DNA from: Candidatus Poribacteria bacterium
GTDB lineage: Bacteria; Poribacteria; WGA-4E; WGA-3G
Direction: 5' to 3'
NCBI GenBank assembly: GCA_965198235.1
Contig: OZ240248.1
Span: 4,998,881-5,062,880 of the forward strand
Length of the DNA: 64,000 bases
Under the pieces are notes generated by a model that saw only the letters and a list, made by a program, of their open reading frames with translations, was not told the origin of the DNA and ran no database searches. How positions within the stretch are numbered: position 1 is the first letter of the stretch; each line of letters opens with the position of its first letter. Made by a program: the position numbers and the translations under genes. Below, piece after piece: positions 46,963-55,934 of this stretch.

Positions 46963-48291
46963 ATGAAAAACGACGATGTCGAATTAATTCAAGGCAGTCT
47001 TATAGGCGATGAAAAAGCCTTTGCGAAGTTGGTGAGAAAATACCAGAAGCAGGTTCACGCACTCGCGTGGCGGAAAGTAGGCGATTTCCACATCGCTGAA
47101 GAGATTACGCAGGATACCTTTTTAAGGGTTTATAAGAAACTGGCAACGCTGAAGGATCCGCATCGTTTTGCAGGATGGCTTTATAGAATCGCTGCACGCC
47201 AATGCCATGCCTGGCTCAGAAAGAAACGGATGCAAACGCAATCGCTTGAAGACACAGACATCGAACTGATAGAGGGAGGGACGTATTCTCAATACATTGC
47301 CGAGGAGCAGGAGAAAGCTGCGGTAGATGCGCAACGCGATATTGTCCAAAGGTTACTCGCTCGGCTGCAGGAAAGTGAACGCACTGTCGTCACACTCCAC
47401 TACTTCGGGGAGATGACCTGTGAAGAGATTAGCCGATTTTTGGGTGTATCAGAGAGTACCGTTAAGAGTCGGCTCCGCCGTGCGCGGCACCGCTTAAAGA
47501 AGGCGGAACCCATGATCCGAGAGGCACTGGAAGGCTTCCAAGTTAGGGCGAATCTCACCGAGAATATCATGCAAGAAATTGCCCGTATCAAACCTACTCC
47601 ACCGCCCAGTGGTAAACCGTTTGTGCCGTGGACAATTGCCGCCTCAACCCTTGTTCTCGTTGTGATGGCACTTGGAGCAAGTAGTCAGTACTTAACACGT
47701 TTCCAACAACCTTACAATTTTGATGCCACATCCGAAATGACAGTAGAACTCATTGACACGCCTATGGTTCTGAATCTCGCATCGAAACCGGATGTGCGGA
47801 CCCAAGCCGGTAAATCTGTGACACCGAGTAAAGGCGACGGACATACCCCGAGCACAAATCAATCAGAATATGTGCCGAGATTTCTTTCTGCCCAAGCAAA
47901 GAACGTCGTGCTTGATAATAAACAGCCTTCGCAGGATGTTTTGAGCATTTTCCAAACACCGGCGGCGGGCTATCAAGACTACACTGTCATTGAGATTGAT
48001 ACGACGGCATTTAAAGATGGCGGCACGGTCACTATCGACCTTTGGATTGGGAGCGCAGAGGCTGCTGGTGCTTTCATTCTGTTTACAAGCGACAGCGAAA
48101 TCCCCACAGACAGTATGCCTAAGGTTATACTCACCTCAGCATCAGGAATCATACCCGGTAAATCAGGGCGGATCACGCACCGTTTTGACGAAGGCACACG
48201 CTTTAAGTTAGGAGCTACCGGTAATTCGTTCAGTGGGGAAGGGAAGGTCAATTCCTTTCTCGCAAAAATCTCTATAGACGCTACGTTGTGA
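46963..48291 (+). CDS. ECF sigma factor fused via one TM helix to an extracytoplasmic domain homologous to the selenoprotein C-domain
   Basis: Region 2 (ITQDTFLRVYKKL..FAGWLYRIAARQCHAWLRKK) and region 4 (ERTVVTLHYFGEMTCEEISRFLGVSESTVKSRLRRARHRLKK). TM helix WTIAASTLVLVVMALGASS. C-terminal ..DVLSIFQTPAAGYQDYTVIEIDTTAFKDGG..FKLGATG..NSFLAKISI parallels 46490-46850. Confidence 0.8.
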   Translation: MKNDDVELIQGSLIGDEKAFAKLVRKYQKQVHALAWRKVGDFHIAEEITQDTFLRVYKKLATLKDPHRFAGWLYRIAARQCHAWLRKKRMQTQSLEDTDIELIEGGTYSQYIAEEQEKAAVDAQRDIVQRLLARLQESERTVVTLHYFGEMTCEEISRFLGVSESTVKSRLRRARHRLKKAEPMIREALEGFQVRANLTENIMQEIARIKPTPPPSGKPFVPWTIAASTLVLVVMALGASSQYLTRFQQPYNFDATSEMTVELIDTPMVLNLASKPDVRTQAGKSVTPSKGDGHTPSTNQSEYVPRFLSAQAKNVVLDNKQPSQDVLSIFQTPAAGYQDYTVIEIDTTAFKDGGTVTIDLWIGSAEAAGAFILFTSDSEIPTDSMPKVILTSASGIIPGKSGRITHRFDEGTRFKLGATGNSFSGEGKVNSFLAKISIDATL

Positions 48292-48630
48292 TAATCTTAA
48301 TCCGCGAACTTGTATTGAAACTTTCGCAACTCCTGCCTAATCGCTGTATTTCTCGTTCTGCCGTTTTCTCTCCACTTATTTGACAAAAGGTAAACCCTCC
48401 AGCTCGTCCTACGTTTTAACTTTCCAATATACCGCCAGTAGAATCATTTGTACACTTTGAATCGCAGGAAATCTATGAGGAAATCCCACGAACCTGTATG
48501 TATGAGTTGATTCATGGTATAATTCTACCAATAAATTCGTTTGTCCAAATTTAATCTACATAGGACTTACACAAACACGGATGTCTGGGACTACAAGTGA
48601 GCCTGATTTTTACGTTTTTTCTGAACTTAT

Positions 48631-48658
48631 GCAACCCTTTCACCAGCAAATTGCGTCA
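48631..48658 (+). promoter_or_regulatory. Diverged ECF-type promoter motif P5
   Basis: GCAAC-N18-CGTCA with the same AAC-to-CGTC spacing (48636-48653), about 105 nt upstream of ATG 48768. The flanks are not conserved. Confidence 0.3.
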
Positions 48659-48767
48659 TTTAACAATGACTAACAATGACAAACGGTAGAATTTATCGGA
48701 CAAACAGTGCAATAAACCGAAGAATGGGGACATAGTGCCAAAGTCCTACTCTCCTAAGGAGAAAGCA

Positions 48768-50612
48768 ATGTTAAAGAAATGTTTACCCTTATGCTTCACC
48801 GTGTCGATATTTCTGATAATCCTTCTATTCGCCACTTTCAATGTGGTAGAAGCCCTACCAGATTCATCTAAGGTATCCGAATCGGCACCCGTAGATACAC
48901 CTTCTCAAAAATCTGAAAGCGCACCAGTTCCTGTTCCAGACAACAGTGTTCTGAACCTAATTCCTGAAAAAGCATTAGGCGTTATCTACTGTCCGAGTCT
49001 GCTGGAATTGGATAACAGAATTAACAAGATAGTAACTGAGCTCTCCCCTCAAATCGAGGTCCCCGATGTATCTATGCAGATTTTGAAGAGTATTTTCGGA
49101 GATGCGTTTGAAAGTTTAGCCGATTTTGAAGAAATTGGGTTGGATTTGAACCAAGATTTCGCGGTCTTCATTACCAGTTTGCAGCCACTGCATCTCTCGG
49201 CACTGGGGCATCTAACGGGTCCTAAGGCAATGAAACAGATAATTGAAGCCGAAGGCGGCACACCCTCGCAATATAAAGGCGTAACCTATTGGAGTGCCAG
49301 CGAAGGTAATAAGAGTTTTGCTATTTTGGAGAATATCCTCGTTTTTTCAACGCCTCGCGGGATTTGTGAGAACGTTATTGATACCTATAACGGAGCGGGG
49401 TATGCTATCACACAGAACCCAAATTACACCACTTTTCTTATAGATATTTTGGAGGGTGACGATCAAGTGGGGGTGTGCGTTGATGTTGAAGCCATTATTG
49501 CCACCTTCGATAGTCTGCCTGAAGAGGAATTGGAGTCAATAGTAAACGCTCTCCAAGATGGGGATCCGATATCCAAGTCAATTGCATCCTTCCTTGAAGA
49601 TATACCTGGAGAGGAAATAGGAAGCATTGAGCAGTTCCGATCAATAAACGTCCGGCTGGAGGTAGAGGGAACCGGTGTGCAAATTAAGCCGTCCGTGAAA
49701 TTCAGAAGCGATAGTGAATTTCTGAAAGTCTTGGAAGAAAGGTCTGGTGAATTAACTTTCCTCGACGAACTCCCAAATCGTGCAGCTATGAATGGTGCCG
49801 TTCAAGGTTGCCCACAGTTGCTGGTTGAGCTGAGTAGGTTCTGGTTAGATACTCTTCCCACGGTAACTCCAGAACAACAGGCGCAGCGGGATTTGCTCCT
49901 CAAACAGGTGAAAGATTTTCATGAATCTCTTGCAGATCGATGGAGGGTTTCTTTCGGTTTTGAGGATACGCTTTTACCGACTTATCTGTTTATCTATGAA
50001 CTGAAAGATGAACAGGCTGCCAGGGTCTATATGGATGAGGTGTTTCTGGAACATCTCAGCGATCAAGACGCTTATGCAGGTAAGTCGATCATGCACAACC
50101 GCGTTGAAATTAAAAGTTACATCTTTCCTGATCTCACAGAGGGGCTTCCAGAGGAATTGCCCGAAGAAATCTCTGGTTTGTTGCCCACCAAATGGCACTG
50201 GTATTATGCATTTACCGAAGGGCAGCTCCTTTTCGCAACGGGTACAGGTCCAGAATCAATTCAAATGGCACTTGATAGGAAAGCAGGAAACGAGGCGAAA
50301 TTTTCTGAGCATCCGAGTTATCAAAAACTCGTCGACATATTAGGGACTGACTCCAACATCTTCTGTGCGATATCTCCAGCCATCGCGGCTAAAAACTCTT
50401 TGCCGATGTTTGGGAAGATGGATCCGGACAATGCCGCGGTAATGCAAATACTGGCAGGGATATTCATGAGTCTCCCTGAGAACTATAGTATCGGTTTTTC
50501 CGCCAAAAGAACGGACAATAGCATTGATGCGAAACTGCTCATTGACCTTGGTGACTTCAAGCAGCTTATACAAATGATGGAAATGATGGCTCAAATGAGG
50601 CAGAGGCAATAG
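48768..50612 (+). CDS. Membrane-anchored or exported hypothetical protein (about 614 aa)
   Basis: Start at the ATG at 48768, after AAGGAG. N-terminal hydrophobic helix, then a Ser/Pro-rich linker with the repeat SESAPV. No domain I can name confidently. Confidence 0.6.
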   Translation: MLKKCLPLCFTVSIFLIILLFATFNVVEALPDSSKVSESAPVDTPSQKSESAPVPVPDNSVLNLIPEKALGVIYCPSLLELDNRINKIVTELSPQIEVPDVSMQILKSIFGDAFESLADFEEIGLDLNQDFAVFITSLQPLHLSALGHLTGPKAMKQIIEAEGGTPSQYKGVTYWSASEGNKSFAILENILVFSTPRGICENVIDTYNGAGYAITQNPNYTTFLIDILEGDDQVGVCVDVEAIIATFDSLPEEELESIVNALQDGDPISKSIASFLEDIPGEEIGSIEQFRSINVRLEVEGTGVQIKPSVKFRSDSEFLKVLEERSGELTFLDELPNRAAMNGAVQGCPQLLVELSRFWLDTLPTVTPEQQAQRDLLLKQVKDFHESLADRWRVSFGFEDTLLPTYLFIYELKDEQAARVYMDEVFLEHLSDQDAYAGKSIMHNRVEIKSYIFPDLTEGLPEELPEEISGLLPTKWHWYYAFTEGQLLFATGTGPESIQMALDRKAGNEAKFSEHPSYQKLVDILGTDSNIFCAISPAIAAKNSLPMFGKMDPDNAAVMQILAGIFMSLPENYSIGFSAKRTDNSIDAKLLIDLGDFKQLIQMMEMMAQMRQRQ

Positions 50613-50747
50613 GTTCGTTCTGATTCGGCTGACGATGTTACCCTGGGATTTACGCAGATTAGTGTTATACACTTTACTCTCGCTGGCGAGGTGTTTTTGC
50701 TGGGGTGTTTCTCTCGCCTACCAGTAGAAGGAAATTTCGATTCCCGA

Positions 50748-53700
50748 TTAGAGTTCTGCACTGACCGTCATTTCCAAGCGGTGTTCGGGTTTCCGCTGTT
50801 TTGTGGAGAGTAAGCGGTAATTGAGCCGAAGCAGAAGGTCGGTAAATTTTCGCAGTCTGTAATCTGCGGTTGTGCGGACTTCGTGGCTGATGCCTTCGTA
50901 GAAAGTGTACTGTGCAAAGGGTATGCCACCCTTACTCTCGCCATAGCCGAGTTTATAGTTGACATCAATGCGTCCTTTACCAATAAGACTATACGTGAGG
51001 CGATTTTCAAATGAGAAGGTCCGCGTTCTGGCTTCTGGCTCCTCGTCAAGCTGCTCCTTGTCAATTGTACGATTATATCCTCCGATACCGCTCCATCGCA
51101 CGGAATTGCTGAGTTCATATCGGAGGCTCAATTCAGTCGTCTGCTCAAATTGGCGTAGGTCTGAGATAGGCGTTGATGGAAGGTCTCCCCTGTTCGTTAT
51201 AGTCTCGGTTTCCTGAGTGAGTTCTTCCACTTGGAGTTGACTGTATTTCTCAGTTTCCCGGCGTTGTTCCCAGTTTACACCGAGGGACATACGTTGCGTT
51301 GGGTTCACGGAGAGACCGACATCCCATGTCCTGTGCCGCCTGTGGCGTTCTTGATTATTAATCCGACGATTGAGGGTCTCGCCAACACGAAGGTTGAACT
51401 CGAAACTGAATGCTGGTGATGGCGAGAATTCGAGGCGATGGTGTTGATTCAACCGACCAAAAAGCGTTTCTGAGCCTTGTAGACTTTGGAGCAGATAGAG
51501 GGACACCGCCTCCTCTACCTCCTGTTCCTCGGTCAGCCACAGGCGCGTTTGACCTCTGAGGGCATTTAGAAACCATTCTAAGCGAGACAGGCGTGGGCTT
51601 CGTGCCGCGATTGTGTTGGATAAAGATGGTGTTTGTTGATTCCCTTCTTGGGTAGATGATGACCGAGTCGGGCGCAAGCTATCACGTTTCAACATTGATT
51701 CACGATGCTGTTGTTGTCTTGCTCTGGCACGCCGTGTGAAAAACTGGCGGGGTTGAAAACGCACTCGGAATTCTGCATCTACCGCTGTTGTCGGTTTATC
51801 ACCCACATTTTGATAAATCTTGACATAAGTGCCCTCCTCGGGATCCTCTACGTAGTGCAGGTCATCCAACTTTACGTAGTATCCTTCACCGGGTTGAAGC
51901 AGAACACCAGTGTGTGGATGGATGTCGGTATAGACTTCGCGGCGTTGGCTTGTTAGTTTTTTGTCTAATTCATAGGCGATTTCTATATCAATTGCCCGAC
52001 TGAGTGGTGTGAGCTGGAGATTGACATCCGCGAGTTGCGTCGTTGTATTCGCACCGAGATCGGTGTGTGCTTTCAACATCCGGCGCGCAATGTTTGCTGT
52101 CAGATTCACCCCTCCGTTGAGAAAGGATTGTTGTTGTGAAAGGACGCCTACCTTCCAAGTCCGTGCTGTGGTATTTCGCTGCCAATCCGACAAACCGATA
52201 GGCTCATCATCAACAGTAAGCAACGGTTCTTTAGCAAAAGCCTCCTCAAGTTCATAACTGGTGTTCAAAGATACCCAGTTGAAATCAGCGAGGTCAATAC
52301 GTCCAGTTGCGCGGTTCCGCTTTCGGTTGAGCGTAGCATTACGCGCCTCGCTCGACTCCACTCTTCCCAGTGTTCCTATAATTCTGAATGGACCGAGAGG
52401 ATACGACAGATTACCTTCTTGACGTGACTTCTGTAGCGATTGTGTCCTTGTTGAATCTGCCCCCTCCATCCGGGAACTGCTACGATAGTCGTCCCAACGG
52501 AGATTCGGCAACCTCTTCAGTAATTGCGTTCCTGCAGACGTGCTCTGTTCCGACTCTACTGAATTCTTCTCTTGTCCAATTATAGGCAGCGTGCTTTCCC
52601 GCGTGAGGGTAGGGCTAACTCGTCCACTACCTAAACGCCGGTTGAAGTTGACCCCCCAGTTGAAATTGTTGCGGATCGTTGCGTTTGCAGTAGGTAAAAC
52701 TTCTGTTTCATCTGTGGTCGCGGTGGCCTCCTGAACGGTTCCCTCGCGTTCTGGGTCTTTCTCTTCGCTCCTACCGACTCCCGCGTCAACCTCCAGCCAA
52801 CCTGTGGGAATCATTCGGATGTCGAAGTTCATGGTTCTCTCATCTTGGGAAGTTCGCGGGCTGCCCGCTGTGTCGAGCAGGAACGCATCATCAAATCCCT
52901 CTGTGGCGTATTGTGTTTCGTAACGGGAGCGGGAACGGTTGCTGCTTGCGGCACCCACAGGCACGAAGTTAGCATCCATCGACCGTATGTCGAGGTTTGT
53001 GGTCAGTTTAGGACGCAGCTGATCCGTCCATGTTGCAAAGTCCCAATCGGCATAGCCGATCAGTTTCCACGCCCGACTTACCTCTTTCCGATCGACAGCA
53101 GAGTAGGTATTTTTATCAAGATTACTATAGGCGAATTCGCCTTGAATCCACGCCTGTTCTGTAACGTTCAGACGACTCTCCAGTCCCCATACAGTATGCT
53201 TTTGTGGTGGTATGAGGGGCGATTCGTCTTCCTTAGGATTAAGGATGTTTTGGCGAAGTGCCTCCAGTTCTACATCTTCAAACGTGATTAGAGACTGTTC
53301 TGGTTGATTCAGATCTGCTTCAACAGCGTAGGACGCTCCAAAAGTTAAACGTTCACCCGGCAGTGTGAAGACGCTGCTAAGTCCGTAAAGATTCTGTTGA
53401 TACGCCCGATCTTCCGGGATGTATTCAAAGTCGATCCGAATCACATCGTTGCTCGTTATGAGATGCTTACTGTTAAACTCGACAATTGGGTCTCCATATT
53501 CGCGGATGATGTAATCATTGTTTTCGCCGCGCCGCATCCTTTCACCGTTCAGCCAAACGATTTCACTGCCTGCTTTTACAAGGACGTATTGTCCATCAAC
53601 TGTGAGTCGATATTCACTGCGTCCTTCCTCACCGCGCAGGACTAAACTTGTAGACTGGCCCTTCGGAATGGCAGTCGGAATGAAGTGAAAGTCCACCCAT

Positions 53701-54545
53701 TTGAAATCGCCTTCAACCTGTACCCCCTCTAATGCGCGTGGAAAAAAAATAAACTCTGATGCCCCGAGCGAACCTTCAAAGTCTCCTAAAGTCCCCCTCA
53801 TGTTCGGATGCGTAATACGAATCAATTTCTGATCGATGTCCTGAATATTTTCGGTTGTGCCTTCGGGTTGGATAGGCAAATCTTGGTCGGATAGCAGTGC
53901 CAAGACGGTGATATTTTCAGAGGCTTTACCTTCTACATTGACGCGGAGTTCTTGATTCGGCGACACGCCACGCCCACTTCCAACTGAAATACCGAATGTT
54001 TGACTTCCAGACACCTCTAATTGAGATGCGCCATCGCTCGTAGAGGGGATACCCCCGAGTTCGCCGAAAGGTTGTCCGGGCTGTCTTTCGGATTCGTCCA
54101 TTGTGGAAGGCTCGCGAGTCATTTCTATCTGTGGATTCTGCTCACCGTAAAGGTCGCGTTTATAGACCTGTTTAATCGCGAACGGCAATGTCCGGTAGGT
54201 TATCTTAAGTTTAGACGGTTTGTCTGTAGGTGGCTCGGTAGTTGTGCGCTTACCTAAAGTGATTTTACCCAAATAGAAATCGATCTGATAGTCAACACCT
54301 CGCACGAGTACTTTTCCATCTGCTTCTGTTATCCGCTCGCTGTTTGGAAGGATCGGCGGGTACTTCACCGTAAAGTCTTGCTCTCCTGCTTCCAGTGCAA
54401 CGGACTCCGTCTTCTGGAGGACGGAAAAGGTGGGAAGTTCAAGGACTTTGGTTTCATCGTTAGGGGATTTTTGAACTGTACTACCGAGACGTGGTAGCAG
54501 CACACACAAACAGAAGGAAACAAGGAAAAGGAGTGGGATACGCAT
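50748..54545 (-). CDS. Very large exported protein, probable outer-membrane beta-barrel (function unknown)
   Basis: 1265 aa. Signal peptide MRIPLLFLVSFCLCVLL. Long stretches of alternating-polarity beta-strand-like sequence rich in Y/R/N/T/L. Confidence 0.6.
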   Translation of the reverse strand: MRIPLLFLVSFCLCVLLPRLGSTVQKSPNDETKVLELPTFSVLQKTESVALEAGEQDFTVKYPPILPNSERITEADGKVLVRGVDYQIDFYLGKITLGKRTTTEPPTDKPSKLKITYRTLPFAIKQVYKRDLYGEQNPQIEMTREPSTMDESERQPGQPFGELGGIPSTSDGASQLEVSGSQTFGISVGSGRGVSPNQELRVNVEGKASENITVLALLSDQDLPIQPEGTTENIQDIDQKLIRITHPNMRGTLGDFEGSLGASEFIFFPRALEGVQVEGDFKWVDFHFIPTAIPKGQSTSLVLRGEEGRSEYRLTVDGQYVLVKAGSEIVWLNGERMRRGENNDYIIREYGDPIVEFNSKHLITSNDVIRIDFEYIPEDRAYQQNLYGLSSVFTLPGERLTFGASYAVEADLNQPEQSLITFEDVELEALRQNILNPKEDESPLIPPQKHTVWGLESRLNVTEQAWIQGEFAYSNLDKNTYSAVDRKEVSRAWKLIGYADWDFATWTDQLRPKLTTNLDIRSMDANFVPVGAASSNRSRSRYETQYATEGFDDAFLLDTAGSPRTSQDERTMNFDIRMIPTGWLEVDAGVGRSEEKDPEREGTVQEATATTDETEVLPTANATIRNNFNWGVNFNRRLGSGRVSPTLTRESTLPIIGQEKNSVESEQSTSAGTQLLKRLPNLRWDDYRSSSRMEGADSTRTQSLQKSRQEGNLSYPLGPFRIIGTLGRVESSEARNATLNRKRNRATGRIDLADFNWVSLNTSYELEEAFAKEPLLTVDDEPIGLSDWQRNTTARTWKVGVLSQQQSFLNGGVNLTANIARRMLKAHTDLGANTTTQLADVNLQLTPLSRAIDIEIAYELDKKLTSQRREVYTDIHPHTGVLLQPGEGYYVKLDDLHYVEDPEEGTYVKIYQNVGDKPTTAVDAEFRVRFQPRQFFTRRARARQQQHRESMLKRDSLRPTRSSSTQEGNQQTPSLSNTIAARSPRLSRLEWFLNALRGQTRLWLTEEQEVEEAVSLYLLQSLQGSETLFGRLNQHHRLEFSPSPAFSFEFNLRVGETLNRRINNQERHRRHRTWDVGLSVNPTQRMSLGVNWEQRRETEKYSQLQVEELTQETETITNRGDLPSTPISDLRQFEQTTELSLRYELSNSVRWSGIGGYNRTIDKEQLDEEPEARTRTFSFENRLTYSLIGKGRIDVNYKLGYGESKGGIPFAQYTFYEGISHEVRTTADYRLRKFTDLLLRLNYRLLSTKQRKPEHRLEMTVSAEL

Positions 54546-54692
54546 TATAAGTTATCGGCGTGTTAGCCGTCGGCTGTCAGGTCGAGTTGCTGTGCAACCC
54601 TTTCCGCTGTCAGCAAGAGATTCTTGTGGTCGTTGCGAAAGTTGGGCATGCAACACGCTGATCGCCGATAGCCGACTGCTGAAAGCCAAAAA

Positions 54693-55745
54693 CTATTTTT
54701 TACGAAAAACTTGGAATACCTTTATGTTATTCGCTTCGGCATCACTCACAAAGACACGTCCGGTCTTTGAGACTGCGATGCCAGCTGGCTCTAAAAGCGC
54801 GGCGGCACTGAATTCTGTGATGCTTCTACCACCAGGTGCAAAAACTTGAATACGCCGGTTGCCGCTGTCCGTTACATAGAGATAATTCCATTCGTCTAAG
54901 GCGATACACTTCGGTTCCCGCAGTTGTCCAAGTGCGTCGCCTTCGCCACCCCACATGTCAATAGGGTTACCACTGAAGTCGTATTTTTTTATGAGATGAT
55001 TGCCAGTATCAATGACGTAAACATTACCGTGAGCATCAACATCCAGATCTGTCGGGTTCCAGAGTTGTTCACTGCCATTCCCGAAGCTTCCTCGTGCGAC
55101 AACGGGAACGCCTGCGACATTGAATTCAATCCAGCGGTGATTGCCAGTATCAACGACATAAACCTCACCATTCCGTCCGATACCGATACCTTCGGGGCGG
55201 TCAAGCAGAACATCATCTACACTCTCACTGAGTGGATAAAAAATCCGGTCGACGAAATTACAGTATTGCACCCGATTGTTACCCGTGTCTGCTACATAGA
55301 GGCGGTAACTTCTTTGAAAACTCAAGGCTATATCTGTAGGGTGATCGAACTCCCCTGTCTGCCATCCACGACTTCCGAATTCTATGATGAAATGCCCGGC
55401 ATCGTCAATCACTTGCACCCGATTGTTACCCGCATCGGCGATGTAGATTCTGTCTTCTTCATCTATGGCAAGCCCTAACGGTGTCCGAAATTCGCCCGCT
55501 CCTTGCCCGGTCCTACCGAGCGTTTCGATGTAACGAATACCCAATATAGGGGGTGCCTGCCGTTCACGGTTCGAGGGGAGGATTTCAACCGGGGTTTTTG
55601 ATAGGGGTTTTTGATAGAGGTTTTTGATAGGGTGTTTCCTCTGCGGATTTCCCCGTGCAACTTCGCCTTCGGGTAGGGTGCAACTCAAACAGAGCACAAG
55701 GAGGAGGGAACCGAGACCTCTAAGGATTTTTAATTTATTGCTCAT
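54693..55745 (-). CDS. NHL-repeat beta-propeller lipoprotein
   Basis: Lipobox-like LVLCLSC. Six repeats of the type IY(V)ADTGNNR(I)QV(F). ATG at 55745 after GGAG. Confidence 0.8.
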   Translation of the reverse strand: MSNKLKILRGLGSLLLVLCLSCTLPEGEVARGNPQRKHPIKNLYQKPLSKTPVEILPSNRERQAPPILGIRYIETLGRTGQGAGEFRTPLGLAIDEEDRIYIADAGNNRVQVIDDAGHFIIEFGSRGWQTGEFDHPTDIALSFQRSYRLYVADTGNNRVQYCNFVDRIFYPLSESVDDVLLDRPEGIGIGRNGEVYVVDTGNHRWIEFNVAGVPVVARGSFGNGSEQLWNPTDLDVDAHGNVYVIDTGNHLIKKYDFSGNPIDMWGGEGDALGQLREPKCIALDEWNYLYVTDSGNRRIQVFAPGGRSITEFSAAALLEPAGIAVSKTGRVFVSDAEANNIKVFQVFRKK

Positions 55746-55810
55746 GGTCACTGCTCCAAATGTAAAGCATTCTCACTGCGAAGCAAAATTATGCCATTTA
55801 AGGCATAATT

Positions 55811-55915
55811 TCATTCCGCAACGGTTTTTGGGGCACTCCAACCTGCTCCAGGTGCTCAAAGGGTTCTGACTTCACCAAACACCATCGTGAAACGAAGTGG
55901 AACGATGCTCAGAGG
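55811..55915 (+). repeat. MITE-like intergenic repeat family member
   Basis: TCATTCCGCAACGGTTTTTGG ... CACCATCGT-GAAACGAAGTGGA-ACGATGCTCAGAGG. The whole spacer 55751-55934 is homologous to 60296-60475. Confidence 0.5.
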
Positions 55916-55934
55916 CACATAATTAAAAATATGT

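Noticed and set aside
55873-55915. CATCGT..ACGATG hairpins downstream of three minus-strand genes as intrinsic terminators.
   Set aside because: On the transcribed (minus) strand the U-run precedes rather than follows the hairpin. The sequences belong to the MITE-like repeat family instead.
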